DNA of 64,000 nt from Pseudogymnoascus verrucosus. Its lineage: Eukaryota. The notes beneath the pieces were generated by a model. The model ran no database searches. It saw only the letters and a program-made list of their open reading frames with translations, and was not told the origin of the DNA. Within the stretch, counting starts at the first letter, position 1. Every line of letters starts with the position of its first letter. The stretch lies in NCBI GenBank assembly GCA_001662655.1, contig KV460225.1; one strand, written 5' to 3'. Of the stretch, positions 48,730-61,986 are shown piece by piece. The position numbers and the translations under genes are program-made.

Positions 48730-50247
48730 GGGGTTTGAGTGTTGGCGGACGAGGGGGGTGGGCTTGGGTGGTGTGCATGTGTTGACTGCATTGAGGTTCG
48801 GCCTCTCGAAGCATCAACGGCAAGCAGCGGCTTCAGGACCCCATTCAACCGCCATTAGTCGGTCTTGAATTCGACGGCACGAGACTAGGGACGGAGAACG
48901 GCGTTTGGCAAAGGTGATACCCCGAGATAATCATTACGAGTAAACTGAACGGACACCGGATTTTGCTTTTTTTTAGAGCCCTTGGGATAATGAGTGGACT
49001 TAGTTTTGTTTGAGGTAGACTTCGATAGCAATACCAGGATTTTTTACGATGTTGGATGCAGGGGATACTGGGTGGTGATTGGTGCGGTGATCTACTTTGC
49101 ATGGCTATGTTACAGTTGCTTGAGCTGGGAGGGTATATCCTTGCACACCTGTTGGATGATCAGGAACTTCTGAGCAGCGCCTCGCGTAGATACGCGTGGC
49201 GTCTCATGGTCATAATGAGATCCGTACAAGTCATATATCAATCTTGGGGTGTCGTGGCGGTAAATATTCGATATTCGAGAGAGTCGACACATCAACTGCG
49301 ATACGGAACCAACAGCAACGCGTCGTTAACCTCGGCCGGCCCACCGAGGCCTCCAGACAAAGGGGTTTCTTTTGGATAAATTACTATTACCGTGGAGCTG
49401 TTGTTGTCGGTTCTGTTTTGTCACCGCTGACTGCTGTTACCGATTCTTACTTCTCACTGGCCTATGGCTTCTTACCAGTTTCGATATTGAGCAAAGCAAA
49501 CTTCTATCCTGGAGTAGATATAGCAGCGCAAAGTAGATGCGTTTATGAGTCCTTCGAGTCGGTCGACTTTCCTATTGGGTGAGGACTTCGATAGAGGTGT
49601 GTGATGCGATGATAGACAAAAATGTATGAATGTTGCTATAAATATAAATAAACACAAGACGTCAGTAATATCTAAATATAAACATTTATATACAAAGTAG
49701 ATGTTTCTAAATCCATGTATTTCTAGAAGCAACTCCCATAGTTCTTCCGTTAACCCGTCTATTTCTCCATGGCTAAATTCATCCCATAAACTCGTTCCCA
49801 AAAAGTGACGTCATTGCCTGCATCGATATGTGGATGGACCCCTGTCCTGACCCCTGCCAATATCCGATGTCAGACGTCAACCAGCGTCATTCAGGCTTGG
49901 CCCCAATCTATCAAGAACTCCAGAACCTACGAATATGCGGGATATCACCAAGTATCACCAGGTAGGTATGCAACGCAGCTCTTCTATATTCCACGATGCG
50001 TAGATCAAGATTCTCCATCTACGCCCTCACCGTCATATCACCATTTCCCTGTCCATCCCCCAAACCCAGTTTCCCGTCCTTCTCAAATACATATAATCCC
50101 CTCCCCTCACCCTTCATCATCCTCCTTCTTCATATCAAACAAACAAACTTCAAGATCTTCACTTCACATCTACAAGACCTCAAACATAAAACCAAAACTC
50201 AAAGCCCAAACACCAATCAAATCCTACCAAACATAACATAACCAAAA

Positions 50248-50667
50248 ATGACACTCCACACCACCACCACCACCGCCCCCCGCCGCTCCCTCTTCTCCCG
50301 CACCCCCCGCCCCGCCCGCACCACCCGCTTCGGCCGCAAACAACGAACCACCGCCGTCCCCCGCGCCGGCGGTCTCGGGCACAGCACCGGCGTTCTCGGA
50401 CGCGGCGCCACAACCACCACAAACCACCGCACCATGGACGGACACCGCACCGAGAAAGTGGTCGTGCAACCAGCGCGCCGCTCGCGCCTTGGGTTCCGCC
50501 ATCGCCCGGTCGTGGTGGAGAAGAAGAAGCCGACGATTGGGGATAAGATTAGTGGCGCGATGATGAGGTTGAAGGGGAGTTTGAGTGGGAGGAGGGCGGA
50601 GGAGGTGAGGGGGAAGAGGAGGATGGATGGGACGGAGGGGGGGGTGAGGGAGGTGAGGCATTATTAG
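50248..50667 (+). CDS. Small basic Arg/Thr-rich fungal hypothetical protein
   Basis: CAAAATG context, C/A-rich leader, upstream ATATAA (~50091), KPTIGDKISGAMMRLKGSL...RRMDGT.G motif. Confidence 0.75.
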   Translation: MTLHTTTTTAPRRSLFSRTPRPARTTRFGRKQRTTAVPRAGGLGHSTGVLGRGATTTTNHRTMDGHRTEKVVVQPARRSRLGFRHRPVVVEKKKPTIGDKISGAMMRLKGSLSGRRAEEVRGKRRMDGTEGGVREVRHY

Positions 50668-51324
50668 GCGGGGAGGGGATGGGGTTATGAGAGATGAGAG
50701 GGGAGGATGGATATGATACCCGAGGATTTTTAAGCGCGTGTACCATTGTTTTATTGATATGGGTTTAATACGATTTAGAATGCTTTCTATGATTTGCTTT
50801 GTGTATCTTCTTTGGTTTGAATGTGATTATTGGTGCGCGCCTGAGACAATTACTCAACTACACGGGATCAAACTTTGGTAAGGGTGTTGAAGATCCGGAA
50901 GCAACGTTGCCGACATACCTCGTGGTATGAGATAACCCTAACGTCTTGGAAATTATTATCACATCTAGTAGGATGGACTCCAACATATGGTGAGGAACAA
51001 AACCAACGGCCTGCTGTGGTGCACAGTATTACGTGGCACTGCCATACATATTCATATAGGTTCCAGGAAGTAATACACGACAATCCCAAATACATCGGAG
51101 AATCATCATCTGACTCCCCACACATGAGATGTAACTGTAACTCCGTCCGAAGAAACGGAACATTCTTCGGGTGGCACAACCGACGTAGATCGACAGAAAC
51201 CCCCCGACGAATTGGATACACAGCCACAGAAAGGAATATCATGTTGTCCTTCGTCACAGAAGTCTAGGAGGGTTTCTGTCGATCCACGTTGATTGTGTCT
51301 GTGGCCAAGTTCCATCACTGCCAC

Positions 51325-51382
51325 ACCGCCAGTCTCTCACCACCAGTCTCTCACCACCAGTCTCTCACTACCAGTCTCTCAC
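51325..51382 (+). repeat. 14-bp tandem repeat CCAGTCTCTCACCA x4
   Basis: Read directly from the sequence. Confidence 0.92.
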
Positions 51383-51605
51383 CCCTAAAGAGTGTTCCAC
51401 ATTCTTCAGACGGAATATCATAATATCACATTATGCCCAGTCGAAGAAAGACTAGATCCAAAACTGACATAATTTCATTCATCTAATCCAAAAAATTACC
51501 AATCCCAACTCCCCATTCCACCCCATCCCATGAACCCCATCTCCCCCAAGAAAAACTGAACAATCTGAACCCATTCCCCTCCCCCCTCCCTTCTGCCACC
51601 ACCCC

Positions 51606-52254
51606 CTAACAATTGAACTTCAAAAACACCCCCGTCAACCCCGCCCCATTAGCCGCGTTAACATACTCCGTCCACCCCACACTACTCTGCTGCGTCTGCC
51701 AATCCGCGTATCCAAACACAAACCCCAGTCCCCCCTCCGCGGCAGTCGGACACGTCCTGCTGTTAATCACGGTGCTCTGTCCAGCTAGCACGGTCACGGT
51801 GCCGAAGAGCGTTGCGGGGTGGATGTTGTTGAATGTTGGGTTTGCGGGCAAGGGGGTAGGGACGGTGTGAACGTTCAGCGTGGGGGGGCCGCCGGATTGA
51901 GTGATAACGGCGCCGGCGGGGAAGGTGATGCCGAGGGAGCAGCCGAATGCGCCGACGGCGCCGGTGAAGGCGATTAGTTCGTTGACTTTGTCTGGGGGGC
52001 GTTAGTTTTTTATATCTAAAGGATGAGGAGTGGAGTGGGAGAGGCTTACTGGAGCCGTTGGGGCCCTGGGAGATGGAGATAGACTTGTCGGTTTTCGCCG
52101 TGTTGGGGAAGGGAGTGTTTGGTGCACTCTGCTTCAGCTGGATCTGCGTAGAGGGCAGGATGGTAGTTCCGCAGCGCTTGTCGAGGGTGACGGGGGAGGC
52201 GGCGACGAGGGTAGCTACCGTGGCGAGGATGAGGGTGAATGCGGTTTGGACCAT
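51606..52254 (-). CDS. Small secreted Cys-containing protein, But2 C-terminal-domain-like; exons 52254-52050, 51991-51606
   Basis: Signal peptide MVQTAFTLILATVATLVAA, Kex2-type LDKR site, intron GTAAGC..CTAAC..CAG, ELIAFT..GCSLGITFP..FGTVTV..INSRTCP pattern. Confidence 0.8.
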
Positions 52255-53148
52255 GTTTGCGGTTTAGAAGTAGTAGCTATGAAGCTGTTTGAGAATTTTC
52301 TGGTGGCTTAAGGCGGGAGAAGAGTGTGTGAGCTGTGGGTAAAGAGATATCTCCCAACCACGAGGAGGTCCATGGTTATATACATTTCCCCTCCCCCTCC
52401 ATGGCTTAAACCCAGTGACCGCCGAGCAGGCTAATTCGGGCATAATGCATCTCTCAGCTCAAGCCTTGGAATGGGATACGACGTGTTACTGTTTGCGCGC
52501 CATTTGTCTCTCCCCCCACCAAAGGAAGTTTGCGCAGCAGCACGCTCTTACGTGAGTGCCTCTCTCGTATTCCCCCATCGTGATGTCTTGATCGGCACCA
52601 GCTCACAGTCTGATTGGAGAGCACGCCCACCACAAACCCCAGCCTTTCGCTCCCCATTCCTGCCACCTGGTGCGCTAAATAAAGGTTATTTCCACAACAC
52701 GGACACGGCCTACTGGCAGCGGTCTGAGCATTCCTCGAGCGAGCGAGTTTGATCAGCGCCGTCAAATCCGTTCGGGGGGATTATCCACGCTTGCTTACGG
52801 CGTGCGACGTTGCTGCTCGGAGCTGAGATCGGCGGACTGAGGTGAGGCTGGTAAACCTGTACGAGGGGACCTGTGCGCTGGATACGGGATGTGCGGGTGG
52901 GGGTGCATGCTGTGTCTTACTTTTACCGGGAAGCAAAGCGAAACATCGAGATGTTGTTGGGGCTCCCGAAATAGCTTTGCCGGTATAGGGCATATACGAG
53001 GGGGTTTTGGCTGATGTGGGATGATAATTGCTCGAGTACCGGCTGTATGCCGCGAGGATGCAGATCTTGGCGGCATAGTAAGCTGTAGGCAAACATAATC
53101 GAGCCGGTCACGAGTGTAGTAATATGCTCGTAGTGTTTTCTATTTGCA

Positions 53149-54203
53149 TCACAGCGTATACCCTTCCAACTCCTTCTCAGTCCACTCCCACAGCTTCCTC
53201 CCCAGCTCCTCATCCGCGCCCTGCTTGCTCCCCTTCCCCAATATCCCAACCGGAAAGTAGTACTCCCCCGACACCAACCCCTCCCTCGGACTCGTCGCAG
53301 CCCACAGCTGATTCTTCGACCCCTCCTCCACCGACACCGACAACAGCGCCTTATACCACCAAAACCCCATCTTCTTCAGCCCCACATCCCCCACAAAGTT
53401 ACTGTAGAGATTCGTCGCCACAACTCCAGGATGCACACTCACGCTCATGATCCCCGGATACCTCTTCGCCAACTGCCCCGCAAACAACCTATTCGCCAGC
53501 TTACTCTGTGCATACCTATTCCACGTCGAAAGATGTCCCATCTCCCCCTTCAGAGCCGCAAACTCAATTCCCTCCGCCGGCGCCAAGTGGTGTCCCACAG
53601 ACGACAACGTAACGACCCTCACATCCGCCCCCTCCACCTCCTCCACCGTCCGCTGCAGCACCGGCAACAGCAGCTTGACAAGCAGCGCATGCCCAACATG
53701 ATTCGTCCCAAACTGCACCTCGTACCCCTCCTTCGTCACCCCCTCCGGCACAGCCATAATCCCCGCATTGCAAAACACCAAGTCCAGCCTATCCTCCTTA
53801 GCTACAAACGCCCTCGCACACGCCTGCACGGATTCCAAATCCGCCAGGTCGAGCGGGAGGAAGGTGAGCGGTGCGTCGGGTTGCGCTTCTTTCAATTCCT
53901 TGATCGTAGCTTCTGCTTTGGACGCGGTGCGCGCGCAGAGGTAGATACGCCGTGGCTGGTGGGCTGCGAGGACGCGGCAGGTTTCGCGGCCTAGTCCGAT
54001 GTTTCCTGGGAGGCGTGTTAGTGGAAGGCGCGGAGTGAGGTAAGTGAGGTGAGGCTGAGAGACGTACCGCCGGTGATGAGGATTACTTTGCCTGATTGGG
54101 AGGGGATAGATGAGGTGTCGAATTTTACACTGCAGCCCAGGGTGCCGCTCACGTGTTCGAGGGCGCCGCCGAGGGCGCCGGAGGCGTCGTTGATGAGGCC
54201 CAT
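53149..54203 (-). CDS. Short-chain dehydrogenase/reductase (retinol dehydrogenase/WWOX-like); exons 54203-54068, 54005-53149
   Basis: TGGNIGLG after splicing, CNAGIM, FGTNHVGH, YAQSK (YxxxK), VHPGVV. Confidence 0.92.
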
Positions 54204-55393
54204 TGTGTGATTAGAGGTTTCTTTGGGGGAACACTGGGTATTAAAATTTATTTAGAATTTGGAATTTGGAGTGAGGTGGGTGGTGGTTGGCTTTTAGAGG
54301 GGAGCTGTGGTTCTAGATTGCCACTATTCGGGTGGGTTTTGGGGATGATAGGCGTGTCGCCACCGCGTGTCACGACCGCTACGGGACCCTGTTATCACAT
54401 TCTCCAAGACATCGCATTCTTGACTCTCCAGCCAACACAACATCCTAATGCGTGTAGATAATTGTGAAAGAGGAATCCCGTAAATGCAAGGGATTCCCTT
54501 ACCTTAAGATATTCCATAATTCGTCAGAAGTCACATAATCTTGGCTACTTTAAATTATGCAATGGTTACATATATCTACTAACTTATCATTTTTTGCCTT
54601 GATAGTGTAACCAGCGTCGTTTACGCCGACACAAGGGAGAGCATATTCCCAGCAAACCTGCTGCTCGTGGAGCCAATGTTCCACGGCATCCTTTCCAGCT
54701 GTGCGGGGAGAAGAACAGGAGTACTAACCTGCCATGTATAATCCAAGTTAAACACTCCGAGGCCTCACAAGAATGCGCAAGATGCTGTATTGGGCATGTG
54801 CAAGGGAGTGCTGGTGTCAACACATGATGGATATATTAGGGCCGTACGAGCCGGTGTTAGGTGTCTAGATCTGATATCTACAGTAGGCATGGAATCACAT
54901 GTCTCACTGAGAACAGCCCGTTACATGCAGCGACCGAGAGTCTGATATAATGTTGTCTCTGCTAAGTCAAACCTCTCAAACCTCACATAAAACAACTATC
55001 ATTCCCCTATCCTATCCCTCTCTAAACCCCCCGCATTCGTATTCTTGTTCGGTAGTTGATTTGCGGGGTACTCGGTATAAAAAAATGTTCGATGAACGAG
55101 TTCTCCGCATATGACTTTTTGTATAGAGTGGTACGTACCTTTCGGAAACCTCGGCCAATTAAAATGTGGTGAATTCCAAACAAGCGTGTGTCAGCCCGGC
55201 AACTTCATTCCGCACTCGCCGTCCAGCCGCCTGTAACCCCCATGAGTGCGGCTGTCACCGACGAACATTTTTCGCCATCACTCCATGCATGTTCGCTGAC
55301 TTCTTTCTAAACTCCACGCTTTCCGGAGTCTTTGCAAAGTTCTTTCCTGATACCTTCACTGTTGCACTCGCTCGTCGAATTCGCGCTATCACC

Positions 55394-56615
<1,222 letters not shown>

Positions 56616-57661
56616 ATCCATGCTAGAGTCTGTCCGGCGTGGTTTGTTGATTGCATGAAAGTTTTGGCGAAGGCGTTTTGGGGGGTATCTGTGAGCGGTG
56701 GGATGTATATATGGGTATATGATGGGTCATGTCTGCGAACTGTATTTATGGTTACGAGTCTCAACTCCAAAAAACAAAAGAGCTAGGCAAATGTTAGATT
56801 GCTGGATGCGATAGATAGCGTTGCTTTGGAAGCTAATGGTATATATTTACAACCGATGGGAATAAATAGATATAATCTTTTCTGGTTTCACTACCGCATA
56901 TTTTCAAACTTCCTTCTGCTCCCATTGTATCGCCTGTTTTAATCTACGTGGAAGTGTCTATATAATTCTGGCTCGCTATGGATATTAATAATAATACTAC
57001 AGTATGAATGTGGTATTTGAAACGCTGGTTTTGGGGGTTATACTCTTGTTACTATTTAGGTTTATTAATTCCGTTCATCATATTTAAATAATTAAATAAT
57101 TGTTCGTAGTCAGTAATTACATATATGATAGGTTGTGCCTGTTGTGCCTGTTGTGCCTGACGTTAAAAACTGCTCATGTTTAGGTCGTCCAGTATAATTT
57201 GTTATGAGAGGGCCCATGCGTTGTTGAGGCTGGTGTACCCTGGAATCCATGAGGCTCCGTTTTGTGTGTTTGTCTGGTCTGTATATGATGACGACGATTT
57301 GGGGAAACGATGAAGAGGCAGAACTGAAGAGGAGAATGACTCCGAATTGATGCCAAATAAACAATTTTAGAATATACTAGCAGATCAATTATGGCAGAGT
57401 AATTGTATATCCCATAACGATTTATTATGTACAGGATGATTGGGCTATGCCCGTTGTAGATGATACTTTTGTTGCGTTGTTTCGCTTGGCTACAAGAAAT
57501 ATTGCTCTGTTGTGAGCTCGAGACACAAACCAATGTAAACACCAGAACCAACCACCGACATCTCGACACAAACAATGCGAAATCTCTAATCGCCTCATCC
57601 TCTAGCTATCAATAGCACTGGTTGGACAACTTCAAGACCCTCAGAAAGGGCCATATTCGCC

Positions 57662-60600
57662 ATGTTTTCACCAGCGACGACCAACGGCACTCCAGCTGCC
57701 AATACTCGCAACGCCAGGCGCAGGCCGCGCCCAACATCTTCAGAGAACATTGCGCTACAACCCAAAGCCAAAAGGCAACGCAGCAGCTTACATGATAATA
57801 CCTTCGTTGCCCCCGATGCCTCCCCTGAGATGCAGGAGGTCAAGGCGAAGAAGTCAGCAGCGGGAGTCGCACGGCACGAGAGCATCGCAGAACCCCAGGC
57901 AACAATAAGACGCGATCTCACGGTTAGAGGCAAGAAGCCCAAGACTGCTGAGAGAACTGGCAAGGGAGATGGAAGCACGGTTTTGGTAAATGATTTAATT
58001 GGATTGAAAGCCTCGGTTTGGATGCTAACGGGGCTCATAGACAAGCAATGATGTTTACACTGTCAGCAGGCTTCCTGCTTTACCAGATCGCTTACAATCC
58101 ACGACTACAGGTATGAATATCTCAGAGATTGAATAAAGGATGAACTGACCCTTTGATGCACAGGTAGACAACATGGCGCGATATACTCCGACAGTGGTTA
58201 CGCCCTCGCTCTCACGACCACTCATGCGATTGTCTGGCCCTACGCTCTCAACACCACGACCCCAGAGACCTTCACCTTCGCCCTACCTTACCCAGCGAAA
58301 CATACATCCGAGCACCTCCCCCTTGGATCCTTAGTCTCGGCCTCAGCAAGCACCCCTGAGCCTGGCCTCGTCGTGGTGATGCCCTCAAGTGGCAAGATCA
58401 CATACTGGGAATCGATCGCGAGCGCAGCCACCCTGGACCTCATACAACAGCAGAGAAACGGCGTTGAGCTTACAATCCCTGGCCTACTGCATGGAGAGGT
58501 TGTAATCCAGATTCTGAACGCCGAATCGGCTGGCTTTTTGCTGTCCTTCAGCAGTGGAAGGTTGGCGTATATGAGCGTACGAGACGGCCAGGGGAGACCA
58601 GCGATATCTGTACAGTTTTTGCGCGGCACGAGCGGTGCTGGCAATGGAGGGATATTTGGAAGCATTAGAAATGCTCTCAGCAGCTCGTCTTGGCGCGGAG
58701 ACCTGGCAGCTGCCAGGGCTGGCCCGTCATTGAAGCCAGGGGAGCGTGATATCGTGAGCGCATCTTCGAAGGGAAGATTGCAAGCCTGGAGTCTTCATCG
58801 AGGCGGCCACAATACCCTCGAGGCGGAAGGAGATGTCAGGGAGTTGATTGTGGAGCAGTTGAAGCGCACCGACAAGAGTCTTGAGAGCCTCGACCTTGAG
58901 TCGTTTGAAGTCCTCGACTTTTCATTTGCGCCACAAGCCGGTGATAGGGAAGATTCAACAGCTTTGACCTACCGCGACGACAACGGCACGGAGCTTCTCA
59001 TGCTGACGTCTCTTGGTGGGCATGGGATCTGCCACTATGCCCTTGTGCAGGTGTTCCTTCGTCAAAGGGATATCATTGTCAGCAACGTTCACCACCTCCG
59101 CTCCTACTCAACCCCAGTCAGCCGAACCTCCACGTCCAAGCCGAGACTGCATCTGCCAAAGCCAGGCGTTGCAGCATTTGTCGTCTTTGACCGCGCCGTC
59201 GTGGTGACGTCAATGGTCCAAGAGCCAGATTCCCCAGGTCAACAACTCCGCCCGGGAACCAATTATTTTGAGGATGTCGTAGACTTTAGGACAGATGCCG
59301 GTGTGGAGATTACCGGCTCTGGGCTGGAAGAGCCACATACACCCTCCCATGGTGCAGAGGACAGCCGCTCGAGGCGCCACAAGGCCAAGTTCCCAGCTGT
59401 GGTTCTACTGGTTAAGGGTGGCGGTATAATCCGTATTGCCACGACAGACCCGAAGAAGTTTACAGCCGGGGAGGCACCACAGGTTACGGCTAAGAGCAAG
59501 CTGGATCAAGCAGTATTCTTTGGCATTCTCGAGAACAACCCATTGAGTTTCACCGGACGGTCGGAAATACAGTTCTCACCCGAGGAAGTTGGCCAGGCTG
59601 CCCTACAGCTCAGTCACGAGGTTTTGAGCTCTACGACAGCGCATATTCCTTCTATCCCGGCGTCGATTGAACATAATCTACGCGTACGGGCACAGGCACT
59701 GCATAGCCTCGCGACGCACATCAAGAAGATGAATGTCGACCTTGACCGTCTTACGAAATGGAAGCTCTTATGGGACGCGGAGAAACTGAACGGTGCAAAG
59801 GGTGCATGGAACAACTACGATACCCTCATAAGCTCCAAACCCGTCGGTCAGAAGCGCAGCTTATGGAATGACATCGTCGAGTGCCTGCACGAGGAGTACA
59901 AGTTAATGCCGTCGAAGGAATTTGGCGAGGTGGATCGTGTTCGCCACTACTTCATCCACGACATCCATCGCTTCGAGATGGTTGTGCCTTGGGCCTTCCA
60001 TGCAGTGAAGTTGAGATACGAAGAGTCCGAGCTGGGCCAGCACAAGATCGTCGAGCTCGTCAGCGAGGCCAATGATCTCCTAATCGGAGCCTTGGCTGGA
60101 GCCTACGACTTCCGGACTGAAAACCTAGCTCTGTACGGGCTCCAGGGCGAAGATGTCCAGAACGGCATCCTGATGCAAAACTACCAGGGCATCCCGGAGC
60201 CCTGGACATGCCAGCAATACGTAGCGGATAACGCAAAGAAGCAGACTGATCTCGCCATAGGAATGGTACGACAAAACTGGCCCCCCGCGGCCGGCGAAAA
60301 CCAACCCGACCCGGACCTCGTCGACAAGATCCGCACCGAGTGTCCCGAGATGCTCGATCTCGCCTGCCGCTCCACCACCGAGAAGTACCGCTGGTACCTC
60401 GGCCAGGATGACAAGAAGCGCCACAGCCAGGGTCTGCAGATGCAGCACTCGTACTTCAAGGTGCGGGAGGGGCAGATCTACAACCTTTCCGAGATTGGAC
60501 TTGTGGACGAGGGCATCGAGTTAGCGGAGAAGCACAGGGTCTTCGACACCCTCGTCCCCCTCATCGTCGAAGAAATCCAGCGCACAAATGAAGCCATCGC

Positions 60601-61986
60601 CGAAACCGAAGCCACGCCCGACGGCGACGCCACGGACCTCAAAGCTCGCGTCGCCCGTCTCCAAGCACAGGTAGAGGGCTACTACGACCTCTTCGGCATG
60701 GAGTGGGCTAAGTCGCTGTACTCATACTACATCAAAGAAGGCGAGCTCTTCGCTCTCCTCAGCGACAACGACACGCACCAGAAATACCTGACCGCCTTCC
60801 TGCGCAGCAAAAAGGAGTACGCGAAAGTGTCGTGGATCAACGAGGTCACCCAGGAGAAAGACTACCACCGCGCCGCGGCTGAACTCCTCGACCTCGGACT
60901 GCACCGCGAACGCGACCTGTGGAGCAAGAAAGTGCAGCTCAGCATTGGAAAACTGGCAAGACTGGCGGGGCAAGCGGGGAGTGGACTGAGAGTCGCGGAA
61001 GGGGGGGAGGAGATGAAGGAGACGGAGGCGCAGTTGGAGGTTATTAGGATTCAGGGGCTTGTGCATAAACATGTCCGCGGTGCGGTTAAGGGGGCGATTG
61101 ATGATACAGCCGAACGCCAGCTTGCGCTCGAGGTTTACGATAACCCCTCTCTCCGCGGGAAGACCGCTTTGGCTACCGTCTTGCACGAGAAGCTTGGCTG
61201 GCTGCTCGAGCACAAAGCTATGGGTGCCCTAGATCTAGTCGACCTGTTGACACTCCTCGGTCCGGATAGTAGGGGAGAGGGAGGGGGAGTGTTGGGGGGG
61301 GAGGAGTTCCATTATGCGCTGCTTGCGCTTAATGCAGCTGGACCGGCAGAGGGAGAGGAGTTTAGACTCGCGGAGCAGGGGGTGTGGAGGAGGTGTATGC
61401 TGAGAGATGATTGGGCCGCGATTAATGATACGGATGCGAAGAGTGATGAAGAGGTTAGGTGGAGGTTGGAGGGGACGGCGTTGTATAGGACGTTGAAGGG
61501 GTGTGTTCGGGATCGTGAGTTTTTCCCTTTTCTTTTCTTGTCCCCCGTTCTCCTCCCCGCAAGCAGTTTGCGTCTAGTAATAAGAGTATGAGCAGAAAAC
61601 TAACAAAAACAACAGGCCTCTTCGAAACCCCCTCCCGCCTCCACATCCACACCCCCTCCTCCCTCTCCACCACCACCCCCACCCTGGACACCCGCTACCG
61701 CTCCCTCGACTCCGGCGTCCGCGCCCCCCTCCTCTCGGACCTCTCCAGCGAAGACAGCGCCCTAAAATCCTACATCACCCACGCGCGCCTCGGGAAATGG
61801 TTCGAAGGCGCTCTGGACCTAGCGAAGCGCTCCGTGGAAGAGGAGAGAATGGAGAAGGAGGAGGGAGAGAGGGGGTTGAGGGATGTGGCGGAGCGGTTGA
61901 GGGAGATTGAGGCGGAGATTGAGGAGAGGGAACGGGGGGTGGCGAGGGAGATGTTGAGGTGTAGACCTAGGGGGGGGAGGGTGTAG
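57662..61986 (+). CDS. NUP133: Nucleoporin Nup133/Nup132; exons 57662-57985, 58041-58110, 58164-61514, 61616-61986
   Basis: About 1370 aa after splicing; beta-propeller-like N-terminus (EPGLVVVMPSSGKITYWESI), helical C-terminus (LAEKH, KVSWINEV, QLSIGKL, WRRCMLRDDW..INDT); three canonical introns in frame. Confidence 0.9.

Noticed and set aside
49472..49801. ORF GTSLWDEFSHGEIDGLTEELWELLLEIHG next to an AT-rich patch
   Set aside because: Non-ATG start and no recognisable family; at most an unassignable relic
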